Source: Prorocentrum cordatum (taxonomy: Eukaryota). From it: a DNA stretch of 64,000 nt. The notes below the pieces were generated by a model. That model saw nothing but the letters and a program-made list of their open reading frames with translations, did not search any database and was not told where the DNA came from. Shown here in pieces: positions 37,330 to 50,063 of the stretch (its first letter is position 1; each line of letters starts with the position of its first letter). The stretch is taken from contig CAUYUJ010000002.1 of the NCBI GenBank assembly GCA_963575745.1, forward strand, positions 2,294,001-2,358,000, written 5' to 3'. The position numbers and the translations under genes were made by a program.

Positions 37330-40300
37330 CCAGATCCGCGCAGCCATTGCCAACGTGAGAACTCTGAATTCATCAAGGTACGAGGATGAATGCATCACAC
37401 TCGCTGGGGTCAGTGCGCTGGGACGCGCGCAGCTCCTCGAGCGGCAGTTCAATGACATCGACATCGATGTGGTATGCATCCATGAGGGCCGGGCTTCCAG
37501 GGACCAGGTGAAGTCTGGAGCCTTCTACAAGATGACCGTCGCAGCCGGAACACCTCAGGGACAATATATATGGTGTACAAATCTGGCTCCGGCATTCTTT
37601 CACATCGTATGAACTCTTCTCCCACGTTGTCTCCCCACGGCTCATTCTCACAGTGTGCCGAGTGCACAACGGTGGGATCCTCGCAATCGTAAGTGGGCAC
37701 GCCCCTACTGAAGTGGCAGCTGAAACCGACAAGCAGGATTTCTGGAACAGCCTCCAGTCATGGACGGCTTGGATATTACAAACATGGCCTCGAGCACAAC
37801 TTGTACTTGGGCTGGACGCGAACGCCCGCGTCGGCGAGATTCAGACCCCATCGATACATCCGGACATGCCGGCGAGGGAAAATGAAAACGGCACCTACTT
37901 CAGGACATTTCTGGAAGGTCACGAGCACAGTCTTCGTGCGTTGAACGCTTTCGCTGGCGAACAGTACACATGGAGGTCCGCAGGAAGAACCACAGCGCGA
38001 ATCGATTACATCTGCTCCAACATGGAGCCGTGCTGGGAGCATGATCCTCCCAGAGTGTTCGAGGGCATCGAGCTCGCCACAAGCGCACAGGAATATCACC
38101 GTGTAGTTGGAGGCGACTTGTGGCTTAAGCCTGGGGGCGCTCCAGCAGCCTCGGTCGAACTCAAGCTCAACGTAAACAGTGCGCGCCTCAACGACCTTAG
38201 CTGCCAGAGCGTGTTCCAGTACAGCCTCTGGGAGCACGTGCCGAAGGTCGCGCAGACCTTTAATGTTGACGCCAAGCTGGATTTGATCATCGATGCCACA
38301 AAGTCTGCGGCTGCGGCCGCTTTCGGCCCCTTGGAGAAGGTGCCCAGGCGGCCATGGATCTCGGAGCGGACTTGGAACCTTCTGCGCCCTCTTCCAAGAG
38401 TGCGGCGGTTCATGCACGCGATCTTTGACGCTGCCAAGGCGCGCCGCCTCGCTCAGGCGTGGCACGCATGGAGGTCCCTGACCCCCGAGCCTTTCACACA
38501 GGGGGCGCCTCGCGATCCAAGCCGGCCAGCAAAGGGCTGGCTTGCCCTTGCGAGAGGAGAGGAGGCGATGCGGGCCAAACGGAATATGAGTTTGCTAGCC
38601 ACCAGGTGCGAGCAAACACTCGGGTTTGCCCACGGGGTCATCCGCCGTCTCGTCGATGACGACAAGAGACATTTCTACCATGACATGGCGCGGCGCGCCG
38701 CCTGTGCCGACGATCGTGGTGACAGCAAGGAGGCATACAAGCTTGCGAGACTCATGGGCGGCTTCAGACCACGATCCGTGGAAGCAATTGCAGAAAAGAT
38801 GGCACCTTGGCACGCGCACCAGAGGAGCGCGGTCGCCGATGGGTGGAACATTTCGTCGAGCTTTTCGCGGGCACCACCCTGCCCTCTTGGCGGGGGGCGC
38901 GCGTGGACTTCCAGGGCTACGCACCCCGCGGTTCTTTTACTGCAACAGTCACTGACGTCGACCAGAAGGTTCAGGCGCTGAGTGGCGCAAAAGCGGCTGG
39001 GCCTGACGGCCTCCCGCCTGGAGTCGTGCAAGCAGGCGGATGCCCTATGGCCGTCGTGATCCACGACGTCATCCAGACCACTATCAATGCTCTCACGTGG
39101 CCGGCCAGATGGAAAGGTGGCCGGATGGTGACCCCGTGGAAGGGGAAGGGATCCACCACTGAGCGCAACGACCACCGTGGGACACTGGCCGCAGATGCCA
39201 TGTCCAAGGTACCCACCGGCCTGCTGAAGGACGCCGTTCAGCCCTCAGCCGGCCATTTCTTGCCAGAAACCAATTCTGCGGCAGGCCAGGTGGAGGCACA
39301 GACTTCCCCTCGCACACACTGCGCGCGATGATGGAGTGCGCGACGTGTGCCGCGGTGTCATTCGCCATCATCTCCTTTGACCTCGCGCAAGCATTCGACC
39401 GTGTAGTCAGAGAAATCGCACACGGATGGGAAGCCGCAGCCGGCCCACAGCATGCTGTTGATACCTCCCGAGTGGGCTACCTTCGGAAGCTCGGGCTCCC
39501 CGTGCGCACGGCGAGGACGATTGTTGAGCACGTCCGGGACAGCGGTTGCGTCTTCGACCGCTGGTCCGTTGATCCAGTTGTGAAGGCATTGATCCAGAAT
39601 CTCCACACCACGGCGTGGTTCGCTGTGACATGGGCGTCTGACGTTGTCGTCACGGCTACTGGGGGGGCGCCAGGGACGCAAGCTCGGCGGTTTCATTTTC
39701 TGCTGCGCATATGAGGAGGCACTCGGTAAGATACGGCGCACCCTCCACGAACACAATATCCACGTTGTCTTCAAGTCTGACACCAACGTCCCCTTTTGGC
39801 AGTCCGCCGAAGAAGCCAAACACGAAGACGAACTCGTGGAGGTGACCTACGTCGACGACGAAGCAATGTCGATTGTGTCATCGTCCCCGAAAGGTTTAAA
39901 ACTGTAATATCTGTGCTGCTCGACACATACAGCATTGTTTTTTCACTCTTCTGGGCTGAACATTAATTGGAAGAAGGGGAAGAGCGAGGCCATCGTCCAT
40001 TGTCGTGGAAGGAGCGCCGCAGCCATGTTGCCAACTTCGATCGGAGCACGGCCTACGGCTGGCCCGTGCTGATGGGAATACATTCATGCACGCGGTTGGT
40101 CCGCACAAACATCTTGGGAGCACTCTTGCTTCTAATGGAAGCGTTGTGCCGGAGGCCCGGCAGAGAGTTTCGTCGGCAATGGCGGCATACGCGCCGATGT
40201 CGGTGAAGGTATTCGCCTCCCCAGCCCTCCCCCCGACGCTCAAAATCCACCTCGTGGTGAGCCTTGCGCTGCGCAGGCCACTGCACAACGTAGCCGCAAT

Positions 40301-41135
40301 CAAGACGACCGCGCCGGCACTCCGCGAGTTGAATGCACCGCGCATGAAAGTCTCGAGGAGGACGGTGCGGGACACGGTCCACTTGTGGGCCCCAGAACTG
40401 AACGACAGGAAGGTCCGGGAGAAAGCTATGCAACCTTCCATCGATCGCTCTGCGCTGCGAAAGAGGCTCCGCTACCACGTCAGGCTGGCGCGGTGGAGGC
40501 CCCGACTGCGATGGTCAATCCTCCTATCACGTCCACAAGGCAAGCCACTCCCATACATTGTCCAGATGACTGCGGACGTCGAGGAGATGAGGAGGAGGAG
40601 CCACGACATGGTCAGTTTGCCACCGCTCGCGGACGCCCCGCACGCGTGGCTCGCGACCATGGCAGACGAGGGGTGGACTTCGTGGGCGCAGAATATTTGT
40701 TTTTATGAGTCCATCCTCGATCGGACTGTCGCGCCGCAGGCCCCAGAAGTGGGTCTAGCGGCGAACTCCCCACGTTGCCGGCGCGGCCTCGCATGGGCGA
40801 CGGAAAAGGCTTATCTTGCGCGTCGCCGCAAGGTCCACAATGAAACAGCGCCAATTAAACATTGGATTGACGATAGCGGCGTCTGCCCTGAATGTCTCAC
40901 AGATCTCAAAGAGCGGTTCCGCGTTGTTCGCCACCTCGCGGACAAGAGGCGGCCGAAGTGCCGCCATGCTGTCTTCCAGATGCGCCCAAGACTGCCAGCA
41001 GGCCATGTGCAGACGTGGGAGGCGCGGGACTGCGAGCGTAAGCGGCGCGCCCGGCAGCAGGGCTCCACGCACATAATTGCGACGGGCTCTGCCATTACAG
41101 CCGAAGGCAAGCGAGTGGGCCATGTCCAAAAGTGA
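37330..41135 (+). pseudogene. LINE ORF2: APE endonuclease, reverse transcriptase, C-terminal Zn finger
   Basis: IANVRTL, VVCIHEGR, GHAP, GLDANARVG, ENENG, RIDYI; KAAGPDGLP, WKGKG, FDLAQAFDRV, GGRQG, VTYVDD, INWKKGKSE; CPEC..VVRHL. Confidence 0.9.
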
Positions 41136-41215
41136 CGCCCCCTTTGTGCCATTTAGCATACACATCACAGCTTGAGACACCTCTGGGCACCCTTGCCACA
41201 AAAAAAAGCCGATTG

Positions 41216-44200
41216 CGAATCACCGCCGCCCCCTGCTTTTTTGGAAGCGACTATGCGGCCGAACGTCGAGGCTAGACCTGCCAAGCCATCGGACCATGTG
41301 TTCCCCGAATCGGTTTGGAAAGCCTTCGGGAAACACGCGGGCATCTTGAAGGTCATCTTGGCCGTCTCGGAGGCCTCCTGGGCGATCTTTCGGCGATCTT
41401 TGGGGGCTCGTGGGCCGTCTCGGGCCGTCGGAAGGCAGAAAAGAAGGAAATGCCAAAATCCGCCCACTAAAATTCAGGAGCATATATGTTGTTGGCCTCT
41501 TCTGGCCTTCCTGGAGGCCCTCTTGGGGGCCTCTTGGGCCGTCTTGGGCCAGCTTCGAGCCAACTTCGGCCATCTTGGTGGTTTCCTGGCACGTCTGGCG
41601 CCGTCGGGAGCCGTCTTGGGGGCCTTTTCTGGGCCAACGGGGGACCCTCTTGGGGCGCTTCGGGGCCGTCTTGGAGGCCATCTTGGGCGTCTTGGAGGCC
41701 ATCTTGGGCGTGTTGGAGGCCTCTTGGGCCCTCTTGGGGGCCTTTGGCGATCTTGGGTGCCTCTTGGGCCGTCTTGACCCGTCGGAATGCCGAGAAGAAG
41801 CAAATTCCAAAATCTTTCAAACACCTAATCAATGATTTTGGCATTCGGGCCCTCCTCTTGGAGGCCCCCTGGGCCGTCTGGGTGGCCTCTGGGGGGCCTC
41901 TTGGGCCGTCTTGGGCTCTCTTGGGCAGTCTTGGAGGCCGTCTTGGACCATCTTGGGCGGACTTGGAGGCCATCTTGGGCCATCTTCGCAATGTCGTTGA
42001 GGATCTCCCGAGCGAAACGGCTGTTCCAGGGGGGATTTGTCGTGGAGTTTGCGCCCCTGGAAGAGCCCCCCGGGACCCCGGCGGGACGCACCGAAGCGCC
42101 AGGGGGAGTTCTTGAAAAAGAACCAAAACCAAAACCGAAAGGATCCAGCACGCCAGGCACCCCTGCGATGAATCGACAGGGGGCGGTGGATCGAAGACGC
42201 CCACGGCGAATCACCGCCGCCCCCTGCCTTTGTCGAAGCGCCTATGCGGCCGAACGTTGAGGCCAGACCTGCCAAGCTATCGGACCACGTGTTCCCCGAG
42301 TCGGTTTGGAATGCCTTCGGGGAACACGTGGGCATCTTGAAGGTCATCTTGGCCGTCTGGAGGCCACTTTGACCTTTTCGAGCCTTTTTGGAGGACGTCT
42401 TGGAGGGCTCTTGGACCGTCTTGGAGGCCATCTTGAGCGTCTTGGAGACCTCTTGGGCCGTCTTGGGGCCCTGCTGGGGCCGCGTCTTGGGCCTCTTGGG
42501 CGATCTTTGGGGGCACTTGGGCCGTCTCGGGCCGTCGGAAGGCAGAACAAAAAGCAAATGCCGCAATCCTTCAAAAACCAATGAAAATAAATGATTGTGG
42601 CCGTTTCGGGCCTTCCTGGGGGCCCTCTTGGAGGCCTCTTGGGCCGTCCTGGGCCATCTTAGGGCCATGTTCGGCCGTCTTGGTGGGCCCCTGGTCCGTC
42701 TGGCGCCGTCGGAAGCAGTTTGGGGTGCCTCTCTGGGCCGACTTGGGGCCCTCTTGGACTGTTCCAGGGCCGTTTTGGAGGCCATCTTGGGCGTCTGAAA
42801 GGCATCCTGTGGCGTCTTGGGGGCGTCTTGGGGCCGTCTTCGGGCCCTCCTGGGCCGTTCTGGGGCCATCTTGAGGCCTATTGGGCGGTCTGTGGGGGTG
42901 CTCTTGGGCCGTCTCGGGCCGTCGGTCGAGAGCCGTTTGGGATGCTTGTCTGGGCCGACTGGGGGCCCTCTTGGGGCGCTTCGGGGCCGTCTTGGAGGCC
43001 ATCTTGGGCGTCTTGGAGGCCATCTTGGGCGCGCTGGAAGTCTCTTGGGCCCTCTTGGGGCAGTCTTGGAGGCCACTTGGGCCGTCATGGGGCCCTCCTG
43101 GGGGCCTTTGGCGATCTTGGGTGCCTCTTGGGCCGTCTTGACCCGTCGGAAGGCCGAGAAGAAGCAAATTCCAGAATCCTTTAACAACCTAAGAAAAAGG
43201 TTTAAGATTTCGGCCTCTGCGGGCCCTCATGGAGGACCTCTTGGAGGCCTCTTGGGCCGTCCTGGAGGCCTCTGGGGGGCCTCTTGGGCCGTCTTGGACT
43301 TTTTTGGGCCGTCTTGGAGGCCGTTTTGGACCATCTTGGGCGGATTTGGAGGCCATCTTGGACCATCCTCGCGATTTTGTTGAGGATCTCCCGAGCGAAA
43401 CGGCTGTTTCAGGGAGGATTTGTCTTGGAAGAGCCCCCCGGGGCCCCCGCGGGACGGGCCGAAGCGCCAGGGGGGGTTCTTGAAAAAAAAAAATCGAAAG
43501 GATCCAGCATGCCAGGCACCCCTGCGATGAATCGACAGGGGGCGGCGGATCTAAGACGCCCACGGCGAATCACCGCCGCCCCCTGCCTTTTGGGAAGCGC
43601 CTATGTGGCCGAACGTTGAGGCCAGACCTGCCAAGCCATCGGACCACGTGTTCCCCGAATCGGTTTGGAAAGCCTTCGGGGAACACGTGGGCATCTTGAA
43701 GGTCATCTTGGCCGTCTTGGAGGCCTCTTGGGCGATCATTCGGCGATCTTTGGGGGCTCTTGGGCCGTTCGGGCCGTCGGAAGGCCGAAAAGAAGGAAAT
43801 GCCAAAATCCGTCAAAAACCTCAGGAAAATATATGTCTTTGGCCTCTTCTGGCCTTCCTGGAGGCCCTCTTGGGGGCCTCTTGGGCCGCCTTGGGCCAGC
43901 TTCGAGCCAACTTCGGCCATCTTGGCGGTTTCCTGGCACGTCTGACGCCGTCGGGAGCCGTCTTGGGGGCCTTTCTGGGCCAACGGGGGACCCTCTTGGG
44001 GCGCTTCAGGGCCGTCTTGGAGGCCATCTTGGGCGTTTTGGAGGCCATCCTGGGCGTGTTGGAGGCATCTTGGGCCGTCTTGGAGGCCATCTTGGGGCCA
44101 TCTTGGAGGCCACTTGGGCCGTCATGGGGCCCTTTTGGGGGCCTCTTGGGCGATCTTGGGGGCCTCTTGGGCCGTCTTGACCCGTCGGAATGCCGAGAAG

Positions 44201-47200
44201 AAGCAAATTCCAAAATCCTTGAAAAAACTTAAGGAAAATCAATGATTTGGGCCTCTTCGGGCCATCCTGGAAGACCTCTTGGAGGGCTCTTGGGCTGTCC
44301 TTGAGGCCTCTTAGGGGCCTCTTGAGCCGCCTTGGGCCATCTTGAGGCTATCTTAGGCCGTCTTGGGTACATCTTGGGCCGTCTTGGAGGCATCTTCAAG
44401 CCATCTTAGCCGTCTTGGAGGCCATCCTGGCCGTCTTGGAGGCGTCTGGGAGGCCATCTCGAGCCATCTTGGAGGATTTTTTGCGGTCGTGGAGCTCGTT
44501 TCCGGGCCTTCCGCGGCCCCGACGGGACGCGCCGGAGCCCACTGGGAGAGTTCTTTTGGAAAAAGAACCAAAACCAAAACCGACAGGATCCAGCACGCCA
44601 GGAACCCCTGCGATGAATCGACAGGGGGCGGCGGATCTAAGACGCCTACGGCGAATCACCGCCGCCCCCTGCCTTTTTGGAAGCGCCTATGTGGCCGAAC
44701 GTTGAGGCCAGACCTGCCAAGCCATCGGACCATGTGATCCCCGAATCGGTTTGGAAAGCCTTCGGGGAACACGTGGGCATCTTGAAGGTCATCTTGGCCG
44801 TCTTGGAGGCCTCTTGGGCGATCTTTCGGCGATCTGTGGGGGCTCTTGGGCCGTCTCGGGCCGTCGGAAGGCCGAAAAGAAGGAAATGCCAAAATCCGTC
44901 AAAAACCTCAGGAAAATATATGTCTTTGGCCTCTTCTGGCCTTCCTGGAGGCCCTCTTGGGGGCCTTTTGGGCCGTCTTGGGCCAGCTTCGAGCCAACTT
45001 CGGCCATCTTGGTGGGTTCCTGGCACGTCTGACGCCGTCGGGAGCCGTCCTGGGGGCCTTTTCTGGGCCAGCGCGGGACCCTCTTGGGGCGCTTCGGGCC
45101 GTCTTGGAGGCCATCTTGGGCGTCTTGGAGGCCATCTTGGGCGTGTTGGAGGCCCCTTGGGCCGTCTTGGGGCCCTCTTGGGGCCATCTTGGAGGCCACT
45201 TGGGCCGTCATGGGGCCCTCTTGGGGGCCTCTTGGGCGATCTTGGGGGCCTCTTGGGCCGTCTTGACCCGTCGGAATGCCGAGAAGAAGCACATTCCAAA
45301 ATCATTCAAAAACCTAAGAAAAATGATTTTGGCCTCTTCGGGCCCTCCTGGAGAACATCTTGGAGGGCTCTTGGGCTGTCCTTGAGGCCTCTTAGGGGCC
45401 TCTTGAGCCGCCTTGGGCCATCTTGAGGCTATCTCAGGCCGTCTTAAGTACATCTTGGGCCGTCTTGGAGGCATCTTCAAGCCATCTTAGCCGTCTTGGA
45501 GGCCATCTTGGCCGTCTTGGAGGCGTTTGGGAGGCCATCTCGAGCCATCTTGGAGGATTTTTTGCGGTCGTTGAGCTCGTTTCCGGGCCTTCCGCGGCCC
45601 CAGCGGGACGGGCCGGAACCCATTGGGAGAGTTCTTTTAGAAAAAGAACCAAAACCAAAACCGACAGGATCCAGCACGCCGGGCACCCCTTTGCTGAAGC
45701 AGAAGGGAGCGGCGGATCGAAGACGCCTACGGCGAATCACCGCCGCCCCCTGCCTTTTTGGAAGCGCCTATGTGGCCGAACGTTGAGGCCAGACCTGCCA
45801 AGCCATCAGACCATGTGATCCCCGAATCGGTTTGGAAAGCCTTCGGGGAACACGTGGGCATCTTGAAGGTCATCTTGGCCGTCTTGGAGGCCTCTTGGGC
45901 GATCTTTCGGCGATTTTGGGGGCTCTTGGGCCGTCTCGGGCCGTCGGAAGGCCGAAAAGAAGGAAATGTCAAAATCCGTCAAAAACCTGAGGAACATCCA
46001 TGTTTTTGGCCTCTTCTGGCCTTCCTGGAGGCCCTCTTGGGGGCCTCTTGGGCCGTCTTGGGCCAGCTTCGAGCCAACTTCGGCCATCTTGGTGGGTTAC
46101 TGGCACGTCTGACGCCGTCGGAAGCCGTCTTGGGGGCCTCTTTGGGCCAACGGGGGACCCTCTTGGGGCGCTTCGGGGCCGTCTTGGAGGCCATCTTGGA
46201 CGTCTTGGAGGCCATCTTGGGCGTGTTGGAGGCCTCTTGGGCCATCTTGGGGCCCTCTTGGGGCCATCTTGGGGGCCACTTGGGCCGTCATGGGGCCCTC
46301 TTGGGGGCCTCTTGGGTGCTGTTGGGGCGATGTTGGGGACCTCATGGGCCGTCTGGGGCCGTCGGAGAGCTGAAAAGAAGAACATGCCAAAATCTGCCAA
46401 AAACCTTAGGAAAATCAATGATTTTAACCTATCCGGGCCTTCCTGGAGGGCGTCTTGGAGGGCTCTTGGGCCGTCTTGGAGGCCTTTTGCCGGCCTTTTG
46501 GGCCGTCTGAGACCATCTTGAGGCCATCTTGGACCGTCTTGGGTGCATCTTGGAGCCATCTTACCCGTCTTGGAGGCCATCTTGGCCGTCTTGGAGGCAT
46601 CTTGGAGGCCATCTTGGGCCATCTTGGCCGTCTTGGAGGCCATCTTGGGCGTCTTGGAGGCCTCTTGGGCCGTCTTGAGGCCCTCTTGGGGCCTTCTTGG
46701 GGGCCTCTTGGGCCGTCATGGGGCCATCTTGGAGGCCTCTTGGGTGCTGTTGGGGCGATGTTGGGGACCTCTTGGGCCGTCTTGGGCCGTCGGAGAGCTG
46801 AAAAGAAGAACATGCCAAAATCCTTGAAAAACCTAAGGAAAATCAATGATTTTAACCTATTCGGGCCTTCCTGGAGGGCGTCTTGGAGGGCTCTTGGGCC
46901 GTCTTGGAGGCCTTTTGCGGGCCTTTTGGGCCGTCTTAGACCATCTTGAGGCCATCTTGGGCCGTCTTGGGTGCATCTTGGAGCCATCTTACCCGTCTTG
47001 GAGGCCATCTTGGCCGTCTTGGAAGCATCTTGGAGGCCATCTTGGGCCATCTTGGCCGTCTTGGAGGCCATCTTGGGCCAAGTTGGGGCAACAAAGGCAT
47101 TGACAGATGGATTTTCGGAAACTTGCGGGTGGCCGGCGGGACGGGCCGAAGCCCACTGGGGAGTTCTTTTTAGAAAAAGAACCAAAACCAAAACCTGAAA

Positions 47201-47250
47201 CATCCAGCACGCCGTGCACCCCTGTGGCAAGACCACAGGGGGCGGCGAAT
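41216..47250 (-). mobile_element. Head-to-tail array of five family B Helentron/DINE-like units (~1.0-1.5 kb each)
   Basis: Junctions cagggggcggcgga|tc(g/t)aagacgcc(t/c)acggcgaatcaccgccgccccctg at 42191, 43550, 44636 and 45717; variable-length internal tcttgg/gaggcc repeats. Confidence 0.75.
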
Positions 47251-47850
47251 CCTAGCGGCCTTCGGCCCAATCCGCCACCGTGCCTGGGTTGTGGGTCTGA
47301 GGCCTCTTGTATATGTGTTGGGGTGTCGTGGGGACCCTCTCGGGGGCCTCTTGGAGGCGGTTTGGGCGCCTCTAGGGGGCCTCTTGGGGCCTCGTGGGGT
47401 ATCCTTTGGGCCTCTTGGAGGCCTCTGGGCGCGCCTTCGGCGCCTCTAGGGGCCTCCCGGCGGCCTCTTGGAGCCTCCTGTGGGTTTCTCGGGGCGCAAA
47501 TATCGAATGTTCGGTTCGTGGGCCCCTGCTTGGGCCTCTCTTGGAGCCGTCTTGGGACCCTCTTGGGCCGTCTTGAGCGCTTCTTGGGCCATCTTGGAGC
47601 CCTCTTAGGCCGTCTTGGGGCCCTGTTGCAGGCGTCTTGGGCTGTCTTGGGGCGGCCTGGGGAGCTTCTTGAGCCGCCTTGGAGCGTCGGAAAGCCGAAA
47701 ATGCGAGACGGCCAAAATCCTTCAAAGACCATCGTAAAACCCACGATTTGGCTTCTTGGGGCTCTCTCCGGAAGCCTCTTGGAGCGCTTTTGTGGCCTAT
47801 TTGGACCCTCTTGGGCCGTCTTGGAACCATCTTCGGGCGCCTTGGAGCAC
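47251..47850 (-). mobile_element. Related tcttgg-rich element abutting the array, with ggcc-ttc-ggcc terminal stem-loop
   Basis: Starts cctagcggccttcggcccaatccgccaccgtg immediately after the last family B end; far boundary unclear. Confidence 0.4.
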
Positions 47851-48424
47851 TCTTGGCATCGGCAGTGTGAACACGGCGCAATGTGCGAAGGTTTATTTCG
47901 GGGACGCGAGTATTGTGCAATTTACGAGGGTGTGTTGCCTTGGGGATGCAAATATTGTATAATTTGCCAGGGTTTGTGGCCTCGGGGACGCGAATACGAT
48001 GGATTATCGACTCAAAGGGGCGAACCTCATGTATGTTTACGTGTCCCACGCTCTCCCCTGAATTCAGGCAACGCGATCCGGGTGGGGTAAATCTGATCTT
48101 TTTGAGTTCCCCCCCCTCGCACGGACTTCAACAATTTACAGTAGAAAGCAGAAAGCAGGATTGTAACATTGGAGACTTGCAATTGCAACTGGCGCAGAGA
48201 GCAGCACACTTCGGCCTACAGCCTGGTGGCCCCACAAGGGGGCTGGCGGGCTCTGGTTCCCCTCCTCCTATTCCCCTTCCCCCTCTTCCTTCTCCCCCTC
48301 CCACGCCTCTCTCCCCCCCTCAACCTCCCTTCCTCCTCTCTCCCTTCTCATCCCCATCCCTACTTTCTCCACGGTCCCCTCCGCATGCCCCCCCGTGCCC
48401 CTCTTCCTATTCCGACTCTTACTC

Positions 48425-48491
48425 AACATCATCACCATTGGCACCATCATCATTATCAGAATTACCATTGATATTGCTATCATCAGCATCG

Positions 48492-48541
<50 letters not shown>

Positions 48542-48561
48542 AGCAGCATCATCATCACCAC

Positions 48562-48602
<41 letters not shown>

Positions 48603-48634
48603 GCATCAGCATCAGCATCAGCATCATCATCATT

Positions 48635-48675
<41 letters not shown>

Positions 48676-48697
48676 TATACTCGTCATCATCATCATC

Positions 48698-48756
<59 letters not shown>

Positions 48757-49125
48757 TATACTCGTCATCATCATCATCACCATCATCATCATCGTCATCA
48801 TCATCACCATAATCATCGTCATCCTCATCCTCCTCATCCTCATCTTCATCCTCATCCTCATCACCACCGTCATGATCATCACCACCACCATCATCACCAC
48901 CATCATCATCGTTAAGTATCAGCATCACCACCATCATCGTCATCCTCATCGTCATCATCACCACCATCATCATCCTCGTCGCTTATTCTCCTTCATCCAG
49001 GCGGAGACGCGGGAGCTGCTCCTGCTGGGCTTCCTCGCGGAGGACCGCGGCCAACGCATGGCTGAGGAGGGATCGAAGGTGGGCGGAGGTCGTCGTCGTC
49101 GTCGTCATCCCCCTCCTCCTCCACG

Positions 49126-49179
<54 letters not shown>

Positions 49180-49236
49180 CCATTATCATCATCAGCATCA
49201 TCATCATCATCGTCATCATCGTCGTCATCATCATGC

Positions 49237-49282
<46 letters not shown>

Positions 49283-49890
49283 GATCCTCGTCATCAGCAT
49301 CATGGTCATCATCATCGTCGTCATCATCATCATCATCATGATCCTCATCATCGGCGGCTGTTGCCCCGCGCCGCCCTCCTGCGGCGTCGCAGGCTCCCTC
49401 TTCGACAGGCGCGCCGCAGCCCGCTGTGCATGGTCTTGACCCCCCGCGCACCCTTTTCGGCATCGCGGCGGCGCGGCGCAGACAGTCGAGCAGAGGCAGC
49501 GCGTGGCCGGGCCAGCTCACGCGGCAGGGGGACCAGGGATCCGCCTACATGGGATCAACCAGGTTACTCGCGCGGGCCCCCCGCTCCCGCACCCACACAC
49601 TGTTCGCCTCCCCCATTTCTCCGCTGCTGCCCGTCGGGAGCGCTGCCGCTGCCAGTCCACTCCACCAGCCTGCCCATCGAGCTTATGCACCTCGGTGAGG
49701 CCACACAGGATGAAAACGAACGCATCTTACACGCTGCGCTCCTTATCCTCGTCCTCCCTCCTCCTCCTCCTCCTCCTCCTCATCATCATCATCATCAACA
49801 TCATCATCATCATCATCATCACCATCATCATCATCATGATCACCATCATCATCAGCAGCAGCATCATCATCACCATCATCATCATCACAG
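48425..49890. repeat. Three (CAT)n microsatellite blocks (~48425-48975, ~49125-49350, ~49780-49890)
   Basis: Direct reading. Confidence 0.95.
49001..49078 (+). CDS. Candidate isolated host exon (AETRELLLLGFLAEDRGQRMAEEGSK)
   Basis: Pyrimidine tract and CAG|G acceptor, AAG|GT donor, G/C-ending codons, between microsatellites. Confidence 0.3.
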
Positions 49891-50063
49891 TCCTTTGACG
49901 TTAAGAAGACTATAGACGAGCTCCAGAAGGATGTGTTGGGTGACAAGGTCGAGAAGGAAGTGATTCCTCTGTGCACGCTACCCCCACGTGCTGTCGACAT
50001 CGGAGTACGACTGGTCTACCACCATGGAGCGCAGCATGAGGTGGTAGGCTCCCGCACGCAAGT

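Larger units (their letters stand above)
36224..41190 (+). mobile_element. Full-length degenerate LINE (ORF1 RanBP2 finger; ORF2 APE-RT-Zn finger)
   Basis: Complete collinear domain set; inserted into the family B array. Confidence 0.9.

Noticed and set aside
47219..47255. Canonical Helitron 3' end (hairpin + CTAG)
   Set aside because: CTAG follows only this unit; the other units continue with tc(g/t)aag, and the Helentron-like reading fits all of them.
41216..47850. Numerous long ORFs in the tcttgg repeats
   Set aside because: Open in most frames on both strands with low-complexity peptides and indels between units; a repeat artefact.
48268..49915. Poly-Ile/His/Asp/Met ORFs
   Set aside because: Translations of (CAT)n microsatellites.
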